A DNA stretch of 64,000 nucleotides, from IMG/VR virus record IMGVR_UViG_3300028591_008352, positions 13,106 to 77,105 of that record; one strand, given 5' to 3'. Source of the DNA: a virus (taxonomy: Duplodnaviria > Caudoviricetes). Of this stretch, positions 57,311 through 64,000 are shown one piece after another. The notes beneath the pieces are model-generated. The model was not told the DNA's origin and searched no databases. It saw only the letters and a program-made list of their open reading frames with translations. The translations under genes and the position numbers were made by a program. How positions within the stretch are numbered: the first letter of the stretch is position 1; every line of letters starts with the position of its first letter.

Positions 57311-57961
57311 CTATTTTATATCCCACCCCTTGTTATTCAAGAATGCCTTGCACTCATTACAGAAGGATGGTGTTTGAGAGAACTTGTTCCCGTGTTCAGC
57401 ATCTACCATGAAACAATGCTGATTGCTGCAATGGTTTAATCCGAAGGAATGCCCCAGCTCGTGCATCATCAACTTCATCAGGTGGTCATTGCTATGCTGT
57501 TTTCCTGATGGACGAGTGGATGATATGACTGCCACGTATGCACCTACAGGACTTACACCGAATATGCCGTATGTAGGTGATAGTTCATTGGCTTTGAAGA
57601 TAACCTCATCCGTCAACCCCAGCACTACGTTCCCTTTGCGAAGCTTGGTTAGGTCTTTCAGCAAGCCCGTTCCACTGTATCGGTTCCGCTCTTTGTTGTA
57701 GTATTCCTTAGGCAGCGCCAAAGACTCTTTCTGTATAGAGACGGATGGATAGGCTTCTTTCAGTGCATCAGCTAGCATCTGTGCTTTCTGGGCAGGGAAA
57801 TCGTCATAGAGGTACAGACTAATGGCTCGTAATTTTGTAGTCTGCTTGACAGTCCCCTTTGGCTCTGTCTTTTTTGATGGAGTGTTACCCTTACCTCCCT
57901 GACAAGCCACGAGCATCATACAGGCTAGTAATACCAGACTTTTATAGATTGCCCTATTCAT
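57311..57961 (-). CDS. Archaemetzincin-like (M54) zinc protease, lipoprotein
   Basis: HELGHSFGLNHC...CFM; lipobox LVAC. Confidence 0.88.
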   Translation of the reverse strand: MNRAIYKSLVLLACMMLVACQGGKGNTPSKKTEPKGTVKQTTKLRAISLYLYDDFPAQKAQMLADALKEAYPSVSIQKESLALPKEYYNKERNRYSGTGLLKDLTKLRKGNVVLGLTDEVIFKANELSPTYGIFGVSPVGAYVAVISSTRPSGKQHSNDHLMKLMMHELGHSFGLNHCSNQHCFMVDAEHGNKFSQTPSFCNECKAFLNNKGWDIK

Positions 57962-58490
57962 AATAATACAAATTGCCATAATTAAACGTTGTCAATGGGG
58001 ATTGCACGTCATCCAACTCTTTCATCCGTATTGGTGTCTGTTCTACTCCATATGTTTCCATACAGTCCTTTAGCCGAATGGTGAACTTTTCCATTTCCGT
58101 GTCTATCTCATCCTTGGTTGTAGGAACTCCCAAGTCAATGGCTTCTTGCAATTCTGAAATGATCATGCCCGAGAACAATCCATGAAGTTTGTACTTCTCT
58201 GCAAACTTGTTGGCATAGCACCAAATACCGATGCAAGTCTTGTCTCGCAGGAACTGTACATGTTTGTCTGTAATCATGAAGCGTTTGAAACTGCCATCTT
58301 TTTCTGGTTTTGAAAACAAACCATATTCATTGCCGTGTCCCAGCATCATTATGACATCATCGGCACGGAGGGCTCGTTGCACATCAGAAGAGGTGTTTCT
58401 CTCTGTAATGCACAGCTTCACATCCTCTCGCTGCTGATACAGAAGTGAGAGGACTTGCGTGGTAGGGTCAGTGGCGTGAATGACTATCAT
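57954..58490 (-). CDS. Hypothetical protein
   Basis: 178-aa ORF; MMLGHG and IGIWCYA. Confidence 0.7.
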   Translation of the reverse strand: MIVIHATDPTTQVLSLLYQQREDVKLCITERNTSSDVQRALRADDVIMMLGHGNEYGLFSKPEKDGSFKRFMITDKHVQFLRDKTCIGIWCYANKFAEKYKLHGLFSGMIISELQEAIDLGVPTTKDEIDTEMEKFTIRLKDCMETYGVEQTPIRMKELDDVQSPLTTFNYGNLYYYE

Positions 58491-58499
58491 ATCAATTCT

Positions 58500-59564
58500 T
58501 TACATCTTTGTTACTTCACCTCTATAGAGGTCATCTGCCATATGAAGAATCAGCTCGTGCATCTCCAAGTCATCCTTGTAGAACTGAGGAATAGATTCGT
58601 ACCCAATGGCTGCACCAATGATGTTACCTGTCACGGCTCCTGTACTGTCGCTGTCGCCACCATGATTAACGGCAGCAATCATGGCATCTTCAAAGCTGTC
58701 GAAATGCTTCAAGGAGCAGTAGAGAGCAATAGCCAATGCTTCGTCTCCAGTCCAACCCTCGCCCAAATGACCGATATTCTCCAAGTCAGTCTTGCCATTG
58801 TCGAGCAGGAATATGGAACGTTCTGCCAACTCTGCCATACGTTCCACATCGTTGTGGTAGGCGTTGTAGTGCTTGCGAATCATGTCAACACCTTCCATAA
58901 TATAGCGTTTCATGCTTTTCTGAGTTGGCTCAATGTCACGCGCCAGCCTATAGATGACGTGGGACATCAGAGCGGCAGAAATATAGCCCAATGGATGCTG
59001 GTGGGTAATTTCTGCTGCTTCACCTGCCAGCAGGTCAGCCTCCTCTATGTTCATCCTGTCTTGGACAGCCGCATACAATGGGATTGGAGCAATACGCATC
59101 ACACCACCGCATCCCTTGCTGTTATTCATCGGGTCTTTCCCACGATAGATGTCATCCAATGATGACATACAGGTATTGCCTGGCGCACGGCGATGGTTCA
59201 GTTCTGGCACATCACTTAGCCAGCAATCTCTGTACTTGGGCGATTTCTTTCCGATTTGGGTCAGATACCATTCAATGTAGGCTCTACAGATACCATACTT
59301 CAGCGAAATGCCTTGTTTCTTAGCGTTCAATAGTCCGTTTGCAGTAAAGAGTGTCATCTGGGTATCGTCAGAGACAACAGCCTTACCGACTTGTTCTGTC
59401 TCATCCAACCAATGTTGCCTTGTGTCCAAGCGTGTGATGCCACGCTCGCCATATCGTTTCTGAATTTCCCCAAAAGAGTAGATGAACTCTACGGGATAAC
59501 CCAATGCGTCACCAATTGCTCCACCAATCAGCGAGCCTCGTATTCTGTCTTGTAATGTTTTCAT
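58500..59564 (-). CDS. ADP-ribosylglycohydrolase (ARH/DraG family)
   Basis: GAIGDALG, SDDTQMT, SKGCGGVMR, GDSDSTG. Confidence 0.95.
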   Translation of the reverse strand: MKTLQDRIRGSLIGGAIGDALGYPVEFIYSFGEIQKRYGERGITRLDTRQHWLDETEQVGKAVVSDDTQMTLFTANGLLNAKKQGISLKYGICRAYIEWYLTQIGKKSPKYRDCWLSDVPELNHRRAPGNTCMSSLDDIYRGKDPMNNSKGCGGVMRIAPIPLYAAVQDRMNIEEADLLAGEAAEITHQHPLGYISAALMSHVIYRLARDIEPTQKSMKRYIMEGVDMIRKHYNAYHNDVERMAELAERSIFLLDNGKTDLENIGHLGEGWTGDEALAIALYCSLKHFDSFEDAMIAAVNHGGDSDSTGAVTGNIIGAAIGYESIPQFYKDDLEMHELILHMADDLYRGEVTKM

Positions 59565-60523
59565 TGTTCTTTTGCATTTAGATATTCAAGTACACTATTC
59601 CAATTAGGGAACTTTTCAGAACCAAACTCTATCCACTCTCCAGCGAACTCACTTGTTCCGTTCTTGCCTCGGTCGTCTATTAAGTAATCGCCTTGACACA
59701 AGTCCTTTCGATGGGTGATAACCATACGCTTGTGAAACACATCGTCTAGATACTTCGTCACCCAAGATACCTTATCCGACCATGCAGAAGGATTCTTACA
59801 AGGTGCTGTGGAGAGGATAAACATGTCGTAGCGCTTCTGCAACTCGTGCATGGCATCGATGGCTCCAGGCATGGGCTTCATCAGTCCGAATAGTCCGGGG
59901 ATTTCGTCCAAGCGTCCTTCATATTTTTGCTTCACCTCTTCACTGACCTGAGCCAAGCCTGACTCAAAATCCACCAAAACAATGTCCATATCTACGAACA
60001 CACGCTTCTTCCGCTCTACGCCCTTATCACGCTTGTCATAGTTATCTCGCAGTTCTGTGAGTATCGTGCAAAGTTCGTCTTCTGTCAAGATGGTCTTGAA
60101 CGGATTACTTTCACCACGAGAATGGTAGAGTATCTGACCTCTTGTTGACATCAGAGCTGTACGGAACCTCTCGTTCTGTTCAAACATTGCCTGATATGCC
60201 CGACGGACAAGTTGCCCATATTCTTCAGATTGTCTGTCTATAGCGACACCCTTCCACCATACTATTTGGTCTGTCTGCCAACCTGTAGAAGTCATCTTCT
60301 TGGCATTCTTTCCTTTCATCTGGCATATCTGACGTTGCTTGTCCTTATCCTTTTGCTTCAACGACTGAAGGAATCCCTCCATGCTGCCGCATACCATTCC
60401 GTCAAAACGGAAACCGTTACTGCACAGGTTGGAAAGCACATCAGCAGGGTAATCACTCTTTGACCATATATCTACAGCCTTACCCCTCCATACCATCCAC
60501 TTTATATATAATTTTCTAAACAT
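59561..60523 (-). CDS. Fusion of T4 gp30.3-like NADAR domain and NT5C-type 5'(3')-deoxyribonucleotidase
   Basis: LSN...FDG...SMEGFLQSLK...TILTEDE N-terminal; VFVDMDIVLVDF...STAP...DYLIDD C-terminal. Confidence 0.8.
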   Translation of the reverse strand: MFRKLYIKWMVWRGKAVDIWSKSDYPADVLSNLCSNGFRFDGMVCGSMEGFLQSLKQKDKDKQRQICQMKGKNAKKMTSTGWQTDQIVWWKGVAIDRQSEEYGQLVRRAYQAMFEQNERFRTALMSTRGQILYHSRGESNPFKTILTEDELCTILTELRDNYDKRDKGVERKKRVFVDMDIVLVDFESGLAQVSEEVKQKYEGRLDEIPGLFGLMKPMPGAIDAMHELQKRYDMFILSTAPCKNPSAWSDKVSWVTKYLDDVFHKRMVITHRKDLCQGDYLIDDRGKNGTSEFAGEWIEFGSEKFPNWNSVLEYLNAKEQ

Positions 60524-60578
60524 GACTTTAATACTAATGACTATATTGTTATATGAGTTGCAAAATCTATCTCATCTA

Positions 60579-61052
60579 TCATAACAGCCTATACTTTATC
60601 TTGTCCCAGAATGAAAATGGCGTTGTTCTTCCAAAGAAACGGTCGGCCTCCCATTTTCGGCGAATAGCCAAACCTTTCAGCCTCTTTCCTCCGCAATATG
60701 TCCATCTCAGAAACTCATTGCGAATTTCTTCCTCAGATCTACCTTCACGTATATATCTAAGCAAAGTTGAAGTACGCAAGTTTTCTATTCCACAGTTATA
60801 TGCATAATCAACAAGAGCATCAAACTGAAACTGACTATAACAAATATTTAAACTGTCAACATAAGACTCAAATTCTAGCAAATCTCCAAGAAGTAATTGT
60901 TCTGCTGCTTTTCGACTAATACAATCACCATCCTTAACATCTGCAGTGTGTCCGTAGCCGATAGTCCACACGCCTTTTGCGTCTTGATAAGCCTTGCGAC
61001 GAAAGCTCTCAAAATAACGGATACTTTTTACCAGTATATCACTTGTTTTCAT
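60579..61052 (-). CDS. GH24 lysozyme
   Basis: E-x8-D-x5-T triad in FESFRRKAYQDAKGVWTIGYGHT; GLAIRRKWE. Confidence 0.9.
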   Translation of the reverse strand: MKTSDILVKSIRYFESFRRKAYQDAKGVWTIGYGHTADVKDGDCISRKAAEQLLLGDLLEFESYVDSLNICYSQFQFDALVDYAYNCGIENLRTSTLLRYIREGRSEEEIRNEFLRWTYCGGKRLKGLAIRRKWEADRFFGRTTPFSFWDKIKYRLL

Positions 61053-61097
61053 TGCATATAAAAATAACCATTCATTTATCTATCGGCAATTACACCA

Positions 61098-62468
61098 TCA
61101 GAATGCTATCTGCCAATACTCACTGGCATTACCACCATATTCTTCAGTTAGCAATGCCATGAACAACGCTATATCATGTTTGTCATCAGTACAGGTATAC
61201 TGTTCAGGCTCACGGTTTACCATCAGTTCCGTTATTTTGCATGTTTCACCATCGTCTTCATACTTGGCAACATAGATACAGAAGCCCGTCCAACTGCGGT
61301 AATACCTGATTGTCTTTTCGTCGCAGTACATAAACCAATGGTCTTCCATTGCATCTGGTATGTGGCCATACTTCACGATACGCATAGCAGCACTCGGAAT
61401 GCTCTCATCCATTAGAATAGTCGTATGCTTTTCAGGCATAGGCTCAATGTTCCAGCTATCCTTTGTAGCAACTTTTGTCTTTTGGGGAATGGGATTCTCC
61501 CCATTGAATCGTTTGGTAGAATTTCCTGCCCCCATCTTCCACATCAGTAGAGCTTGACGGCCAAGTTCCTCTTGTTTCATTTCCGCTGCATATCGAGCGA
61601 TGAAATCACTTTGTTCTTGTGTTTCAGGAGTATGCCTATAGGCAGATTTCGGACAATCGGAGAATGCTTTCTTCAATGCATTCATAGTCTCCTCAATGTC
61701 GTAGTTATGCTGATGAGAAAGCAGACATCCCACAATGGTTCCTGTCCGACCAACACCACCCCAGCAATGAATATACACTTTGTTTCTGTCACTTTCATTC
61801 AAGATTCCCTGAATTTGCCCAATCAATTCTTTTACAGATTCTATGCTTGCTGGTATCGATACATCTTGAATCGGGAATCTGATATGCTGCATCCTTGAAT
61901 CAAGCATCTTAGCGTAAGGACGCAATTCACCTTCTTCCGTCAAATCGATGAAGTGAGTGATTCCAAATCGTTCAAACTGTTTGATTTTCTCAATGCTTTT
62001 CTTATCGTCATAGTCTCTGGGGTACTCTCCGGCATACACTCTATCCATAGCCATATAACTGTTTCGAATGGGCTTTCGGGGACAGATTGACTCCACGAAA
62101 GTTTGAGACAAAATGATATTCTTCACATCAATAGCAGCTTGGAACAACGGAGATATTTCCCCTGCCTTGAATCCAGCAATGCCACAACCGATCTGTGTCA
62201 CATAGAATTTAAGGTCGGGACGTGTTTGGGCAAAGCGGATGAACTCATCCACGTAGGGCTTGATGGTCTCTACGCCTCCCTGCATGGTGGGAATAGCATA
62301 GCTCTGTCCTTGCAGACCCACGCCTTGACCCCATATTGCACCAAATCGTTCGTATGCCAGCCGTGCCGCACCACCGCCATGTGCTCCAGCAAGGTTGCTA
62401 CCAAAAACAAATATCTCATTCGGTTTCAGCTCTGTGATTCTTTCGGGTGTATATTCTCTGTTATTCAT
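61098..62468 (-). CDS. Three-domain fusion: macro-like domain, CX5R phosphatase, unknown C-terminal domain
   Basis: EIFVFGSN..G.HGGGAA...IGCGIAG; YAGEYP...HCWGGVGRTG; LMWKMG...WFMY...YRSWTG. Confidence 0.8.
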   Translation of the reverse strand: MNNREYTPERITELKPNEIFVFGSNLAGAHGGGAARLAYERFGAIWGQGVGLQGQSYAIPTMQGGVETIKPYVDEFIRFAQTRPDLKFYVTQIGCGIAGFKAGEISPLFQAAIDVKNIILSQTFVESICPRKPIRNSYMAMDRVYAGEYPRDYDDKKSIEKIKQFERFGITHFIDLTEEGELRPYAKMLDSRMQHIRFPIQDVSIPASIESVKELIGQIQGILNESDRNKVYIHCWGGVGRTGTIVGCLLSHQHNYDIEETMNALKKAFSDCPKSAYRHTPETQEQSDFIARYAAEMKQEELGRQALLMWKMGAGNSTKRFNGENPIPQKTKVATKDSWNIEPMPEKHTTILMDESIPSAAMRIVKYGHIPDAMEDHWFMYCDEKTIRYYRSWTGFCIYVAKYEDDGETCKITELMVNREPEQYTCTDDKHDIALFMALLTEEYGGNASEYWQIAF

Positions 62469-62474
62469 AATCTT

Positions 62475-63041
62475 CTATTGTCTTGATTTTACAATTTCTT
62501 CCGCCTCTTTACGCATCTTGTCTAATTCACCATAACATTCATTGATGTTCTTGAACTTAACCACGACCTTGGCATTCTGGTCGATGAAACCATAGATTGT
62601 TATCTCTTCATCATCGGTCATGCCGTAGCCGTCCTCGTCCATGTAATAGCGACCATCGGGATTGATCTGCCAACTGACTTCAGCCACTCCATTCTCAAAA
62701 TGACGTATGAATGAAGGGAAATGAAAAGAGAGTGCCCTCGCTCTACCTATGGCATCCTCTGGCAAATTCTTCAGCGACTCCCAATCAATGTCATCCTCGG
62801 TGACTGTCACAAGTTTTTGGTCTTTGTTCATGAACTCATAGGCACACTTAGTGTTGTGGTTGATAAGAAAGCGATGCTTCCACCATCCCCACATTGTTTC
62901 ACCTATCACAGCCATACCTTCACCGATGTCTGAATACTCATAAGGACGCTCCTTGTATTCATCGGTATTTAGGACTTTGTAGAGTTTTTCTGCTTCACTC
63001 TCACTTCCCAACAGTTTGCTGATTTTATCGTATATGCTCAT
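62475..63041 (-). CDS. Hypothetical protein
   Basis: 188-aa ORF in operon context. Confidence 0.7.
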   Translation of the reverse strand: MSIYDKISKLLGSESEAEKLYKVLNTDEYKERPYEYSDIGEGMAVIGETMWGWWKHRFLINHNTKCAYEFMNKDQKLVTVTEDDIDWESLKNLPEDAIGRARALSFHFPSFIRHFENGVAEVSWQINPDGRYYMDEDGYGMTDDEEITIYGFIDQNAKVVVKFKNINECYGELDKMRKEAEEIVKSRQ

Positions 63042-63055
63042 GGTTCTTGCTTTTA

Positions 63056-64000
63056 TTAGAATGGGAAATAATCTTCTGTCTCATCAGTCGATGTCACAAT
63101 TTGGGTTATCTCTGCAACAAACGCTTCCGACCTGTTCATCCATGCACTTTCTTCGTTCACCACCGATCTCTTGTCATATTCTTCATCGGTCATTGTCTTG
63201 TACTTCTTGGGAAGAGCATAGTAGAGATGCTTTTGGACAATGATGGCAAGTTCGTCCTTGTAGTCATAGTCCGATATGGACTTGTTGCTGAGTGCTTTGT
63301 AGTTTTCGCTGTCACGGACAACATCCTGGACTTTGCTGTCCCATGTCCTAAACGCTGTTAACACATCGTCACTGCCCATCTTCTCCAAATAATACAGGGC
63401 GATGGACACGTCGGCGAAGTCCGATGCCGCCATCATCTCACGTCGATGGGGCATGTAGTCTCTCGACAACTCCATGGAAGGGTTCCAGTGGAATGCAATA
63501 TCTCGTACTATTTCATACAAGGTATCTGTTGCCTCGTCATCATCAATATGTCTTTCTGCATGTGACAATGCCATCAGGTAGTCCGTCTTGCTCAACTTGC
63601 TTTTGTCTATCACAAAGTCGCTATCCTCTGCCAGCCTTCGACAGATGAAGTAATAATCCCGGCCTTCATGGAATAGGTCGATATGCTCCTTGAGATATTC
63701 CTTCGGAAAATGCCTGATGATGACCCATGAACATTTCTCTTCGTGGTAGGCCTCCCAAAGTACCTGCACCTGCGGCTCAAAGGAGGCATCCCACAAATCA
63801 AGGAGTCGGGAATAAGCCCAGTCTCTATCGGAGATACCCGAATCAAGAAAGGCTGCCATAATCCTCTTCTGGTCTTTCCAGTCAAGACCGAAGAAACGCC
63901 GCTGAATCTCATTACGAGCGTCAGTCACTTTGCCACTCTTCTTATTCTTATAGTTTCTGATGACTGTGGCAATGGGGTTGTTTCTTGATACTGTTCTCAT
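63056..64000 (-). CDS. Hypothetical protein (start may lie beyond window edge)
   Basis: 314-aa ORF beginning at the last base of the window. Confidence 0.7.
   Translation of the reverse strand: MRTVSRNNPIATVIRNYKNKKSGKVTDARNEIQRRFFGLDWKDQKRIMAAFLDSGISDRDWAYSRLLDLWDASFEPQVQVLWEAYHEEKCSWVIIRHFPKEYLKEHIDLFHEGRDYYFICRRLAEDSDFVIDKSKLSKTDYLMALSHAERHIDDDEATDTLYEIVRDIAFHWNPSMELSRDYMPHRREMMAASDFADVSIALYYLEKMGSDDVLTAFRTWDSKVQDVVRDSENYKALSNKSISDYDYKDELAIIVQKHLYYALPKKYKTMTDEEYDKRSVVNEESAWMNRSEAFVAEITQIVTSTDETEDYFPF

Overview
Two blocks. (1) 1 to about 45,880 is the right-hand part of a siphovirus-like prophage in a Bacteroidales host (Prevotella-like; TAnnTTTG promoters, AT-rich leaders without SD). It runs: middle genes (DNA MTase, GH73 glucosaminidase, Rha/antirepressor, Gp37/68 radical SAM, SSB, VRR-NUC, holin-like), an accessory/regulatory island (HU-like, DUF4248, Panacea TA-like pair, DUF4041, XRE repressor with three operator-like sites, BRO), a repeat-rich non-coding region, terminase, portal, MuF with a HExxH extension, an inverted cassette of small genes, head and tail genes with an initiator-like tRNA-Met inside the tail operon, SGNH and LRR tail-associated proteins, a C10 peptidase-dockerin, an amidase endolysin, a candidate sRNA and a probable attR. 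(2) 45,969 to 64,000 is an all-minus-strand accessory cluster rich in enzymes predicted to remove modifications or signals (ADP-ribosylglycohydrolase, gp30.3/NADAR-nucleotidase fusion, macro-like/CX5R phosphatase fusion, PP2C, RSH with an apparently dead synthetase), plus an AAA/YbjN-like x2/Sel1-pseudoPBP/vWA module. No integrase, reverse transcriptase or CRISPR array was seen. Family assignments come from motif recognition by eye, not database searches.
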